A stretch of DNA of 63,626 nt, the filler included, from Thraustochytrium aureum (lineage: Eukaryota), in NCBI GenBank assembly GCA_012862495.1. It is 5 parts of 4 records of this genome, joined end to end, with 100 filler letters (N's around TTAATTAATTAA, not from the genome) between each part and the next. Parts side by side here need not be neighbours in the genome. Positions count along the whole stretch, not along the records: positions 31,084 to 36,782 come from BLSG01000317.1; positions 36,883 to 47,572 come from BLSG01000319.1; 3 more parts are not named here. The stretch is one strand, 5' to 3'. The translations under genes were made by a program, and so were the position numbers. Of this stretch, positions 34,801-47,401 are shown piece by piece; positions within the stretch are counted from its first letter, which is position 1, and each line of letters opens with the position of its first letter. The notes beneath the pieces were generated by a model, which worked only from the letters and a program-made list of their open reading frames with translations, made no database searches and was not told where the DNA came from.

Positions 34801-37102
34801 GCTCAGGACGACGGCCAGCTCTTCGCAGAGCGTCGCCATCGCGTATGGAGCGCCGCGGCACGTGCCAAGCGCCATGTCGAAGGCCGTGCGCACTCCTCCA
34901 GCACATCGCGTTCGTCATCCAGCTCGTACGTCGGCGCAGCAGCCTGGCTCGTCGAAGCGGCACCCTCGCACGTCGCCAAGATGAACTGGACTGTGCCAAT
35001 CGCGCCGGCGCACCGGCTCGCCTCGCCGGGGCTCGACAGCAGCTTCTTCAACAGAATGTGAAACCACGACGCCTCTGACACATCGCGCGAGGCCTGGACA
35101 GCGGCAAACTTGCTCAGAATCGAAAACACGAGCCGCGTGTGCGCTGGCCGCAGCTGCGGGCAGTTGTGGATCAGCGTTTTCACAAACTCAATAAAGGGCT
35201 CCATCGCCCGAACGTTGTCGGGGTCGCCCGCAAGCGACTCGAGGCAGGCCAGCGCCCCCTCCAGCTCGCCCTCGCTCTCAGACGTCGAGCCGCAGTGCAT
35301 CACCAGGGCGACAATCACCTCCTGCCGGTGAAAACGGCTCGTCAAACTCCTCAAACATGGCCTTGTACAGGCAGCTCGCCACCAAGCGTTGCACGCGGCC
35401 CCCGCCCTGGCCCCGCTCCGCGATCGACGCCTCGCCGCCCTCCATGAGCATCCCGGCAAAGTCTAGGAGGCCTTTAACATAAACTCGAGGACCGAGCGGT
35501 GGCCCAAGATTGCGCCCTCGATGAGCTCCTGGTCGATCGCCTGTGTGCGGCAAANNNNNNNNNNNNNNNNNNNNNNNNNNNNNNNNNNNNNNNNNNNNNN
35601 NNNNNNNNNNNNNNNNNGTGCGGCAAATGTGCCGCTTCAGCCTCGCCGTCACAGATTTCGCGTACGCGTCGTGCCCGCGCAGTGACACCAAGAGCCACAG
35701 GTCGATCACAGACACAGAGCGGTCCTCGTCGATGCTCTCAAAGTACGCCTTCGCCACGTCCGGTCTCACCACCAAGCAGGCCGTTAGCGTCTTGAGGATG
35801 GCCTGGATGCACGTGCTGCGCGTCGCCGCCTTGCTTTTTGCCGAGGACTTGCCCGCGCCGAGCCAAGTCTCCTCCTCGTCGGCCGCTTCGGTGGGCTCGA
35901 CCGCAGAGGGATTGATATCAGTCTGCGACATTTGCGCAAACCTGTCCCGCAGCTCTCGGACAACTTGGCTCCGCGTCTGCCGAGAAACAAGGTCTGTCCC
36001 TTTGCCGACCGACTCGACTAGGAACCGCACAGCCACGGGCAGGTCGGCGAGCGGCGCCGACCCGAGCAGCCCGAGGACCGAGCTGCGCACGGCGTCGACG
36101 CTCGTCGAGGGGATGCGCAGGTTTGCGAGGCTCTCAATCACCGGCACGGCCAGGTCCGGGTACTCCTCCATGCGAGCCTGGAGCTCGCTCACTACCAGAC
36201 CGTGCTGCTTGTCGTCAACGATCTCGGGGAGGATGTTGATGATCTCGACCTGGAGCCGGTTGGAAGGGAGCCCCATCGAGCACAGCGTCCCGAGCGTCTC
36301 CGTTAGGTACCGCGCAAGAGCCTCCCCGTCCTGGACAAAGTTGAGGAACCGCAGTTGGTGCAGCAGAAGGCGCGGGAGGTCGTCGCACAGCTCGCGCTCC
36401 CCGTCGTCGCCGGCGGACAGGATAACCTGCTCGTTCAGAAAGTCTACCATGCGCCCTTGGATTGCGTGCACATTCAGGAGTAGCTTGATCAGACTGTCAC
36501 GCCGCATAGCAAACGACCCGCCCGCGCCGCCGATGGCGCCCTGCGGTCCTTCAGTCGCTGCGAGCGGGGCCGTTGCCGCCCGGAGCGTGGAGCCGCCGCT
36601 CGCGGTCATCACCTCGCTCAAGTTGTCAACGAACGCGTCCGCAAGATCGGCGTCAGCGTCCATCGCTCGCTGCAGCTCCAGCACGGACTGGTTCACGTTG
36701 CCGCACACAAAACTCGCCTCCATCCGCGCTGCGCCTCACGCCGCACTTGGCGAGAACCTTCAAGCACAGTTCGCTCGGCTCANNNNNNNNNNNNNNNNNN
36801 NNNNNNNNNNNNNNNNNNNNNNNNNNTTAATTAATTAANNNNNNNNNNNNNNNNNNNNNNNNNNNNNNNNNNNNNNNNNNNNTGTCTCCCGCAGCGGGCT
36901 CGCCTGGGCCCGAAGGGGTCGGCATCGCTTTCTCCTCCGCGGCCATGTTTCCGTCTTCCGGGACGGCCCCGACGTCGTCGCCGACTGGCTCCGTGCCTTC
37001 GCTCTGTGCGTCGCCGAGCGCGACAACGCCGCTTTCGAACAGCAAGGTGTCGTGCGCACCGACGGACGAGGTGGGCAAGCAGTCCCTGCGCTTGCGGAAC
37101 AT
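31875..37102 (-). CDS. FANCD2: Fanconi anemia group D2 protein homolog (gaps, frameshifts, N-terminus across a linker)
   Basis: DSLIKLLLNVHAIQ, LPRLLLHQLRFLNFVQD, EIINILPEIVDDKQH, DLPVAVRFL, QEVIVALVMHCGS, ILLKKLLSS...AGAIG (mono-ubiquitination region), and C-terminal QQGARQLQSICDYGK...GSLKRRHVNGEEI. The N-terminal piece 36883-37102 is assigned by position. Confidence 0.88.
36827..36838. other. Artificial contig linker
   Basis: N-TTAATTAATTAA-N. Confidence 0.97.
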
Positions 37103-37727
37103 GTACTTTTTCGTCTAAAGCACTAGCCAATGCAAGGGTGGGGCAGGTGCAAGCCGCACGCTGGCCGATGCGCGCCGCATGCCCTTTGTTGTGGCCAAAC
37201 CGAGGACCCGCGCCGTACTCGATAGTAAATCGCCGTGGGCTCCTTCTGCAAGAAACGACCCAAGTGAGCAAGGATTTGCCGCGCTCGCGCGGACTGATCA
37301 TGACCGACAACTTTCTAAACGTAAAAACGTAAACGTAGTGTGCTCAGTGCCGACTTTTTCTTTCTCTTCGTTCGATTGCAAGTTGGTCAACACCGCAAGG
37401 CTGTCATCCGTCAAGTTTTGCGTCATCTGCGTGCCTTTGCTTCGCATTTGGCTTCCGGTCCTCGTGTGGTTTGCCTGGGTCCTTTCCAGCGAGCCGCCTC
37501 CGTGGCGCCGCGAGACGTCCCTGCTGGTGCTGCCTGACCCGATAAGGTTTTGGCCTGTTGGGAATGGCAGCGCCGTTTCGTACTGCCCAAGCTCTAGCTA
37601 GCTAGTGAGGCAGGGCTCCACAGTCGCATCGAGGGAAGGCCATGGCCATGGCATGCGTGGCCAAGCGAAACAGGAATAAAAAAATCTTGTTCTTGAGAAA
37701 TCAAAATCAAAAACAAACAAACAGCTC

Positions 37728-40700
37728 CTAGTCCGAGCCTCCTGACGAAGAAGCCAGGTCCGCTCGACCCACAAACACCAAGTCTGGGTCCTCGTCGGCC
37801 TCGCGAGAACCAAAGCTCTCGCCGCCCTGCGCCTCATCCGGCTTTACCAGCTCGAGCACAGACACGCGGCCATTAGCACCCTCAAGTCGAACGAGCTGCC
37901 CGGTCTCGAAAGCGCTGCAAGCGCCCTGCACATTCACGATGCACGGCAGTCCATACTCGCGCGCGACAACAGCACCGTGGCTCAAGAGCCCACCGAGCTC
38001 CGTCACGAGACCACTCGCAAGGGAGAAGAACGGCGTCCAGCCCACATCCGTTTGAGGACAGATCAGCACCTCACCCGGCTGCATGTCGTGCGCCTCGGAT
38101 AAGGTCCGCACAACCCGTGCCAGGCCGACTGCGTCGCCCGTACAGACGGGCGTCCCTTCGAGCGAAAAGAGCCCGCGCCGCCCTGCCCCAGCGCCCCCGT
38201 CGGGCGCTCCGGCATCGGGCAGGGCCTGCCCTTGTGCAAGTCGGCAAACTGTAGGCGCTCTTGCCTCGGGAGCAAGCGGCGCCGCGACAGGCCCGGCGCC
38301 GGAGGGCCGACGCGGTCAGGTCCGCGAGTTGGTCGCTGGAAAGGGTGCCCAGCTCGTCGTGCGTCAGGAAAAACACCAGATCGGCGTCCGGGATGCGCCC
38401 CGCCGCGCAGAGCAGCGCGCCAAGCCGCCGGTAGGCCCGCTTGCACTCTGTGTGCATCGCGACGCAGAGCGACTTGCCGAGTTCGCGGCTGCGCACGCCC
38501 TGTCTGGCCAAGAAAGAAGCCGCGCGCACAGCCGCGCGCCGCGCTGGGCCCAGTTCGCCGAGGACATCTTCGGCCTCGCGGCGCTCCACGCCTCCCAGCC
38601 GCGGCGCAGCGCCACCCCCGCGGGCCTGGGCCAGACGCGTGCGCACGGCGCTCACCACAAGCTGCACGAGCGGCGAAGGGTCCTCGCCCCACTCCACCGA
38701 GCGCATCTCAGNNNNNNNNNNNNNNNNNNNNNNNNNNNNNNNNNNNNNNNNNNNNNNNNNNNNNNNNNNNNNNNNNNNNNNNNNNNNNNNNNNNNNNNNN
38801 NNNNNNNNNNNNNNNNNNNNNNNNNNNNNNNNNNNNNNNNNNNNNNNNNNNNNNNNNNNNNNNNNNNNNNNNNNNNNNNNNNNNNNNNNNNNNNNNNNNN
38901 NNNNNNNNNNNNNNNNNNNNNNNNNNNNNNNNNNNNNNNNNNNNNNNNNNNNNNNNNNNNNNNNNNNNNNNNNNNNNNNNNNNNNNNNNNNNNNNNNNNN
39001 NNNNNNNNNNNNNNNNNNNNNNNNNNNNNNNNNNNNNNNNNNNNNNNNNNNNNNNNNNNNNNNNNNNNNNNNNNNNNNNNNNNNNNNNNNNNNNNNNNNN
39101 NNNNNNNNNNNNNNNNNNNNNNNNNNNNNNNNNNNNNNNNNNNNNNNNNNNNNNNNNNNNNNNNNNNNNNNNNNNNNNNNNNNNNNNNNNNNNNNNNNNN
39201 NNNNNNNNNNNNNNNNNNNNNNNNNNNNNNNNNNNNNNNNNNNNNNNNNNNNNNNNNNNNNNNNNNNNNNNNNNNNNNNNNNNNNNNNNNNNNNNNNNNN
39301 NNNNNNNNNNNNNNNNNNNNNNNNNNNNNNNNNNNNNNNNNNNNNNNNNNNNNNNNNNNNNNNNNNNNNNNNNNNNNNNNNNNNNNNNNNNNNNNNNNNN
39401 NNNNNNNNNNNGGTCGCCGCCGAGTGCTACCAGCTCCTCGGCGCGAGGCGGGTCCTTGGCCAAATCGTCCGCGAGCCTGTCCAGCGACTGCACCGCGTCG
39501 CAGCTCTCGGCGACGCCCTCCTCTGCCCTGCTGGAAATCAGCGCGCTCACGTCAGCGACGGCGCGGGTGCTCCAAGGGCGGCAGTCCGCCCGCCCCAGGC
39601 ACAGGAGCTTCATGACCAGCAGCATGGCGGCAGCACTGATGGAGGACAGGAACCACGGCCGTCGGCCCACTGGTCCAGGTACTCGTCCAGCGCATCGTCC
39701 AGGCGGCCCCAGAGCTCGCTGGTGCACTCCTCGTCGCGCTCCGCGAGGAGAACCTTGGCAGTCGCCACGCGCCCTTTAACGCGGGGCAGCCGCGTTGGCA
39801 CAGCGACGAGGGATGTCACGACGTACCGCAGCCCGTTCAGGAGGCGCCGCGGCAGCGGCAGCGTGCGCTGCGCGCCGTTCGCGGCCAGAATGTCCCCGAG
39901 CGAGCACTGCGCATTCTCGCGCCCCAAGATGCTCATCTCGCCGTTCTCCTTGGCCATTCCGGCGCCAACCATACCACCGCACATGACGCGCAAAGTGTTT
40001 GTCATGTTGAGAAATTGGCATCCGAAAAACCAGCCCACAACGGCCTCGTCCTCGTCAATCCGGTCGCGCACTCCAAAGGCCACGTGCATCGCTTGAAGGG
40101 CGTAGTTGGCGGCTCGCCCAAACGTGCTGATGCTCAGAGGCGTTCCCGCGCCAGGGAACATTTCGCGCGCATTGCACGTCGTGATCCAGTCGCCTGGGCG
40201 GCAAGAGGCATCAAACTCGTTCATCAAGTCTTCCTTCGCGTCTTCGGGGTCGACCAGCGTCGTTATTGGCCGGGCCTGCAGAGCGACCAGGTTCCCGCCC
40301 TCCCGGTCGACCGCCCATTCGATGTCGCGGGGCGAGCCGTACGCCTTCTCGATCACGTCGGCCATCAAGCAGAGCTCGCCAAGTTTGGCAGCATCCAGGC
40401 ACGGGGCTCCGCGCAGCGATGCGGGCTCAACGTCGACCACAATGCTGCCCTTCCACGTGCGCCGGTCCATCACGACCATCTTGTCCTTCGAGGGCGAGAC
40501 CGTGGCCTCCACGATTTCGCCCGTCCCGCGGTCCACCACCCATGTGTCGGGGGTGACCAGGTCCGCCACAACGGCCTCGCCTAGGCCCCAGCTTCCCGTG
40601 ACCACGACGCGGTCGCGCCGCCCGGAGATGGGGTCCGCAGTGAAGCAGACGCCTGCAACTTGCGCGTCGACCATGCGCTGCACGACCACGCAACCTGCAC

Positions 40701-41030
40701 GCTGGAGACCGCGCCAGTCGGCCCGGGCACCACCCAGCGTGCGACTGTAGGCGCCGACGCGGTCCGATGCGAGACTGGCCCAGCACTTTACGACTGCGTC
40801 GGCGACGTTGGCGTGCCCGCGTACGCCCAAGATCGTCTCCAGCTGGCCGGCGAAAGAGGCCTCCTGTGAGTCTTCGCACGTCGCGCTCGAGCGGACCGCA
40901 ACAACCACAGTGCGCTCTGCTTCGCCGTCGTCGCCCCGACTCGTCCACGGCGCTCCTGGGGCTGTTTTCGCACAGTGCGGCGTATGCTGCTTCGACTGCC
41001 TCGAGGACCTGGCGCCGGCCTGCATCGGAC
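37728..41030 (-). CDS. PEP-synthase-like phosphotransferase with RPH/PigC domain order (ATP-grasp, central domain, C-terminal phospho-His swivel domain); gaps and frameshifts
   Basis: PPDK_N motifs VAVRSSATCEDSQEASFAGQ, VVVQRMV, AGVCFTADP, WGLGEAVV, DIEWA, LQARPIT; central NAREMFPGAGTPLSIS, EWGEDPSPLV, DLVFFLTHDEL; C-terminal TDVGWTPFF...ELGGLLSHGAVVAREYGLPCIV. Confidence 0.9.
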
Positions 41031-41729
41031 NNNNNNNNNNNNNNNNNNNNNNNNNNNNNNNNNNNNNNNNNNNNNNNNNNNNNNNNNNNNNNNNNNNNNN
41101 NNNNNNNNNNNNNNNNNNNNNNNNNNNNNNNNNNNNNNNNNNNNNNNNNNNNNNNNNNNNNNNNNNNNNNNNNNNNNNNNNNNNNNNNNNNNNNNNNNNN
41201 NNNNNNNNNNNNNNNNNNNNNNNNNNNNNNNNNNNNNNNNNNNNNNNNNNNNNNNNNNNNNNNNNNNNNNNNNNNNNNNNNNNNNNNNNNNNNNNNNNNN
41301 NNNNNNNNNNNNNNNNNNNNNNNNNNNNNNNNNNNNNNNNNNNNNNNNNNNNNNNNNNNNNNNNNNNNNNNNNNNNNNNNNNNNNNNNNNNNNNNNNNNN
41401 NNNNNNNNNNNNNNNNNNNNNNNNNNNNNNNNNNNNNNNNNNNNNNNNNNNNNNNNNNNNNNNNNNNNNNNNNNNNNNNNNNNNNNNNNNNNNNNNNNNN
41501 NNNNNNNNNNNNNNNNNNNNNNNNNNNNNNNNNNNNNNNNNNNNNNNNNNNNNNNNNNNNNNNNNNNNNNNNNNNNNNNNNNNNNNNNNNNNNNNNNNNN
41601 NNNNNNNNNNNNNNNNNNNNNNNNNNNNNNNNNNNNNNNNNNNNNNNNNNNNNNNNNNNNNNNNNNNNNNNNNNNNNNNNNNNNNNNNNNNNNNNNNNNN
41701 NNNNNNNNNNNNNNNNNNNNNNNNNNNNN

Positions 41730-42730
41730 CGCGCTGCTGCAGCGGAGCGCCAGACCGCCCTAAAGCTGCTTGAGCCAGCGCGAGTATCTTTTCTGTCGCT
41801 GGGCCGGGCGGGAGCGCGTCGTCCCGTTCTTGGACGCCCACGACGAGCGTGCCGAAGAGCTCGGCGTCGGGCTCAACGTGCACGTCTTGCGCGAGGCGTG
41901 ACGCTGCTTCGGCCCTTAGTGGGCCGAACGCTACCGAGGCGTCAGGCCATCCGCACGCAATTTGCACGAAGAGGTCGAGCGCCACGTTCGAGGGCGGGTC
42001 GGGCCGCTTGCGTGCGGCGTTGGCCGCCGTCGCGCTCTCTGCGCTCGTCCGCTGCCATTTCTCGATGTGGTCTCCGTGGTCTGCGGCGGAGGAAGTTGAG
42101 CGGCCGGAATCAGATCGCGGGTCGGGCCAGCCCGCCCCAGGCTCTGAGAGCGAGGCCGCCCCCGCCCCAGTTCCTGCCGTTGAGGCCCCTTCGACCTCGC
42201 CAGCCGCCGAATTGTCCGAGGCCGATCGCGAGATATGGTGAACAGCGGCAGCGGCCAGCTGCTTCGAAGCCGCGGCGGCGGCAGAGCCAGGCTCAAAACC
42301 CTTTTCGCCGAGCATCCTCTTCCACGTCGGCGAGTCGGAGAGAACCGCTTGGAATTTCACGAGCGTCGCGTCCGCGAGCTCGGACAGGAGCTGATACACC
42401 AGTCCGATGGGGTCCCCGGCTTCCAGCGCCGCCTTGAGCCTGTCGGCGAGCCCCTGCTTGGAGCTGTTGCGCTGCGTCTTGCGCAGCCCCACCAGCGACA
42501 GTCTGCTGAACGCCGCCGCGCTCTCTTCCTCCTCATCCCTTCGAGCGGCGTCCTTGGCTGAGGCGGTGGACTGAATTGAAGACGACGTGGAGACGCGCCG
42601 CCGGCCATCGCCAGTCTGCGACGACGACAGTGAGGAGGACGCGGAGGAAGCGGTACTGCCCCTAGCCCTCGCGGGCAGGTGCCCCGTCGACCTCGCCGCC
42701 TCCGTGCGTTCTTCGGTTGTCACTTTCGAC
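41730..42730 (-). CDS. Gap-bounded coding fragment of unknown function
   Basis: About 330 open codons on the minus strand with Ser/Ala-rich linkers and helical blocks (DPIGLVYQLLSELADATLVKF, NVALDLFVQIACGW). It may or may not belong to the phosphotransferase gene. Confidence 0.45.
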
Positions 42731-43679
42731 NNNNNNNNNNNNNNNNNNNNNNNNNNNNNNNNNNNNNNNNNNNNNNNNNNNNNNNNNNNNNNNNNNNNNN
42801 NNNNNNNNNNNNNNNNNNNNNNNNNNNNNNNNNNNNNNNNNNNNNNNNNNNNNNNNNNNNNNNNNNNNNNNNNNNNNNNNNNNNNNNNNNNNNNNNNNNN
42901 NNNNNNNNNNNNNNNNNNNNNNNNNNNNNNNNNNNNNNNNNNNNNNNNNNNNNNNNNNNNNNNNNNNNNNNNNNNNNNNNNNNNNNNNNNNNNNNNNNNN
43001 NNNNNNNNNNNNNNNNNNNNNNNNNNNNNNNNNNNNNNNNNNNNNNNNNNNNNNNNNNNNNNNNNNNNNNNNNNNNNNNNNNNNNNNNNNNNNNNNNNNN
43101 NNNNNNNNNNNNNNNNNNNNNNNNNNNNNNNNNNNNNNNNNNNNNNNNNNNNNNNNNNNNNNNNNNNNNNNNNNNNNNNNNNNNNNNNNNNNNNNNNNNN
43201 NNNNNNNNNNNNNNNNNNNNNNNNNNNNNNNNNNNNNNNNNNNNNNNNNNNNNNNNNNNNNNNNNNNNNNNNNNNNNNNNNNNNNNNNNNNNNNNNNNNN
43301 NNNNNNNNNNNNNNNNNNNNNNNNNNNNNNNNNNNNNNNNNNNNNNNNNNNNNNNNNNNNNNNNNNNNNNNNNNNNNNNNNNNNNNNNNNNNNNNNNNNN
43401 NNNNNNNNNNNNNNNNNNNNNNNNNNNNNNNNNNNNNNNNNNNNNNNNNNNNNNNNNNNNNNNNNNNNNNNNNNNNNNNNNNNNNNNNNNNNNNNNNNNN
43501 NNNNNNNNNNNNNNNNNNNNNNNNNNNNNNNNNNNNNNNNNNNNNNNNNNNNNNNNNNNNNNNNNNNNNNNNNNNNNNNNNNNNNNNNNNNNNNNNNNNN
43601 NNNNNNNNNNNNNNNNNNNNNNNNNNNNNNNNNNNNNNNNNNNNNNNNNNNNNNNNNNNNNNNNNNNNNNNNNNNNNNN

Positions 43680-44065
43680 CCCCGGTTCGCCGCTCGCGCC
43701 GCGGCCGCAAGATCCAGGCCCCTGCGACAGAGACAAGGGCCAACTGGGACACGCACTCGTTTGCCTCGGACACAGACGACGAGAGCTTTGATTCGGAAGC
43801 GGCGAGCAAGGGCGACGACTCGCAATCCAGCGACGAGGACAGCGACGGCGACGAATCGTCGAGCGCGCTCGTCCTGGACTACAAGCGCGAGCGCAAACCG
43901 GTGGACTACCGCGCTTTGGCCAAGCAAATGTTCGGCACCTCCGGTGAGGCTGGGCCTGGAGCCCAGGCCGCGGGGGGTGACGAGGACGAGGGCATCGACT
44001 GCGACTTTGAGGACGGCAAGTCGGGGCAGCTTGACCTGAACGCCTCGCTCCGTGAATTGCTGTAG
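43680..44065 (+). CDS. Acidic C-terminal fragment of a probable nuclear protein
   Basis: D/E/S-rich tract plus RERKPVDYRALAKQMFG, reminiscent of the (V/L)DY(R/K)xL...FG motif in HAT3.1/PRH-like PHD proteins. Stop at 44063-44065; 5' part lies in the gap. Confidence 0.5.
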
Positions 44066-45150
44066 TTTGATTCGCCCTGCCCACGTTGACGCCCGGCCGG
44101 CGGAGCGCGAGCGGTGCGGCAATCCCAGGCGGTCGCTTGTCAGAGCAAGTAGGGAGCAGGAAAGGGGGACGGAAGAGTACTCGACCTACTTGATATTTTT
44201 CTCTCGTTCAGCTTTGCTTCAAGCGTACTCGTTGACGCGACCACGTGCCGCTCTCTGGCCCAAGCAGCGCCTCGCGCCTTCGTGGTCGCAAGCCAGAGCT
44301 GCTGATCACATGTGGCGCTCCGCTCGAAAGCGCCAACGTGTGACCGGATTCGTCTGGTCCACTGCGCTCGGGGGACGGCCGCGCTCTCATCAGCACCAGC
44401 AGAGGCGGCAACAAACAGGCCACTAGTGGCTGGGGTATGCAGGCTTCGTCTGTGTATCTACGGCTGCTCCGTCAAGGAGTTGCTTGGAACAAGTGTTTCG
44501 GTCCGCGGGTGACCGTCGACAAGTTTGTCACGGACGTTTCGTGTCAACATCGGAAGGACTCCTATCATTCGTCAGGCACTTCGCCATCTTCAGACTTTTC
44601 GTTGTGAGTCCGGTTCCTACGGGACTGGTCCGGGGGCTCTTCAGCAGGCGGCTTCCGTCGCGCGCGCGCAGAGATGTCCCGACACAGGCTGTCTGCAGAA
44701 GGAGGCAGCCTCGACTTTAGCGTCTAATCCNNNNNNNNNNNNNNNNNNNNNNNNNNNNNNNNNNNNNNNNNNNNNNNNNNNNNNNNNNNNNNNNNNNNNN
44801 NNNNNNNNNNNNNNNNNNNNNNNNNNNNNNNNNNNNNNNNNNNNNNNNNNNNNNNNNNNNNNNNNNNNNNNNNNNNNNNNNNNNNNNNNNNNNNNNNNNN
44901 NNNNNNNNNNNNNNNNNNNNNNNNNNNNNNNNNNNNNNNNNNNNNNNNNNNNNNNNNNNNNNNNNNNNNNNNNNNNNNNNNNNNNNNNNNNNNNNNNNNN
45001 NNNNNNNNNNNNNNNNNNNNNNNNNNNNNNNNNNNNNNNNNNNNNNNNNNNNNNNNNNNNNNNNNNNNNNNNNNNNNNNNNNNAGCGTCTAATCCGTGGT
45101 TAACCCATTAACACCATGGAGTATCAAACAGGCAATTGAGCTGAAAACGA

Positions 45151-45773
45151 CTACTTGCAGCACGGTCCCTTGGCGCCGTCGCCGTTCTCGCCAATGGTGA
45201 CCCGGCGCTGCTCGGAAACGCCACCTGCGCTCGCGCCAGCCTCGTCGCGAGCCTTGATGAGCTCTGTTGCCATGGCCAAGAAGCGGCCTCGACATTCTGG
45301 GCCGTCTTGGCGCTTGTCTCGAGGAAGGGCATGTCAAGGCGGGCCGCATACTCTTCGCCCTGCGCGGTCGTGATCCGCTTGTCGCCGCGATCGGCCTTGT
45401 TGCCGATGAGCAGCTTGACGGTCCCCTCGTTCGAGTACCTATTGACTTCTTGCAGCCAGTCCTGGACGTGGTCAAAGGACTCCTGATTCGTGACGTCATA
45501 GACCATGATGATGCCGTCCGCCCCGCGATAGTAGGCGCTGGTGATCGTGCGAAAGCGCTCCTGCCCCGCGGTGTCCCATATCTGCAGCTTGACGTACTTG
45601 TCGTCCACCTTGACGGTGCGGAAGCGAAAGTCCACGCCGATCGTGCTAATGTACGACTCGGTGAACGAGTCGTCCGCAAACCGCAGCAGCAGACAGGACT
45701 TGCCGACCCCAGAGTCGCCAATCAGCACCAGCTTGAACAGGTAGTCATAATCCCTCTTGATCGCGCCCGACAT
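45151..45773 (-). CDS. RAB1: Rab1/Ypt1 small GTPase, 1-nt frameshift near 45281
   Basis: [57 protein letters not shown]. The shifted frame ends AMATELIK...GPCCK*, a double-Cys prenylation signal. The span of 623 nt is one base short of a codon multiple. Confidence 0.95.
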
Positions 45774-47282
45774 CCTCGGCCGCCCGCGCGCCCGCGCCGC
45801 CGCTGCGGCGCTCTTCCGCGCCCTCCGTACGACCCGCGCGACCTCCGCACAGCCCCTGCTTCGCCGCCCGCTTCGCTGCCCGCACACGCCTGCACCAATA
45901 CCGCTCTGCCGCCGCTGCGTCTTCCTTCGCGCCTGAATTATATGACAGTGTCCCGCGCTAGTCGTAAGACCCTCACGAGAGCCTGCGGAGGCCCTCGGAG
46001 CGCCCTCCTGAGAAACGCCCGCGCACACCTTGCACCTATTCGGCTCACAAGACGAACAGGACGAGCAGGACGAACTACCACCGAACAGCCCTGGCAAGCT
46101 TTGCCGAGACCAAGACCATGCACGTTACACACCCTGTTCACCCGCAAGCAAGCGGGGACCTGCGGCGATGGCCCGGGCTGAGCATCGGAAAGCTGCCATC
46201 CACCGGTGAAGCTCCCTCCCCTGCATGCCGCTCGTGTCGCGTTGCGCCCCGACGGGCCCGACGGCCCCGAGGATTTTTTTTTTCTCGACGATGTTCCATG
46301 CCTGATGACATTTGTACGACTCGCCGGCACTCTTCTCTGTCCCGACTGACGCGAGACGTGTCAGCCGAGCTGATGCGGAGTTCATCCAAAGATTCCGCAG
46401 AAACAGCCGCCTGACGATGCGAAAGACTGAAAACTGTGAAAGGGTAGTACCGGGACTCTAGTATCTACCAGCGTACGATTTTCTGTTCCTTCCTTTTCTG
46501 AATCTGAGGATCTCATTGTGAATTTTCTGTTCTGAATCCTGTGCGAGTTCAGCGCGACGATCGGCGTCGCTGACGCAGCGAAAGAGCGCCAGGGCCTGGC
46601 CAGGCGCAGCGCCACTTGGAGGTCTGTCTCCAAGCCGCGCCGGCCGCAACGGCGGCTCTGGACAGCGAATCGGTTGGGAATGGGCCTTGATGGGAGCCAA
46701 TGGGGACATGAGAAGATGGGTGCTGGGGACTCATGCGACTCATGCGCTTCTCCAACCCAACGGCCAATAGGCCTACATAGTGAGTAGGTACTCCCTACTT
46801 ACTCAACGGTTGCCTTCTGGGTCCGAGCAAGGAGGATCCCAGCACTCGCGCCATGCCGAGCCAGGCAGCCAGGCATAACGGCGAGCTTGCCACGTACTCT
46901 TTCAGCTGTTCTCGCCAACGCAGACGCCGTCCGTCATCGACCGGAGCCAGCTCGATTCATGTCGTGTGGCCGGCGACGTGCAGCAAAACTACGTGCAGCA
47001 AAGCCACCAGAAGCGTTTCGCATTGTCTGACTTCTATCCCCAGTCCGGACTCCGGACACCAGAAAATCTCCGCGCCAACTCCGCACAAAAGGTTTTTCTG
47101 GTCTGGACACAGCTCCAAGGTCCATGTCGGCCGTGACTGTGCGGAGGCTGCGCTCGGCGAGGGATCGATGCGAAAAAACACGCGAGCAGAAAGCAAACGA
47201 GGCCCACCAGCCCAGCCTTGACTCGAACGGATCGGCAAGCCGGGACGGGGGTTGTGGCTGGAGTTGCGGCAGACCCGGATCG

Positions 47283-47398
47283 ACAAGCAGCAACAGCGAG
47301 AACAACAACAACAACAGCAGCAGCAACAGCGAGAACAACAACAACAACAGCAGCAGCAAGAGCAAGAACATCAACAACAACAGCAACAAGAGCGACAA
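47283..47398. repeat. CAA/CAG trinucleotide compound repeat with an internal duplicated unit
   Basis: agcagcaacagcgagaacaacaacaacaacagcagcagcaa occurs twice, just upstream of the ATG at 47402. Confidence 0.9.
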
Positions 47399-47401
47399 AC
47401 C

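Noticed and set aside
39610..43809. 1399-aa ORF and other long X-filled ORFs as single giant proteins
   Set aside because: They read through N gaps of estimated length, so frame continuity across them means nothing.
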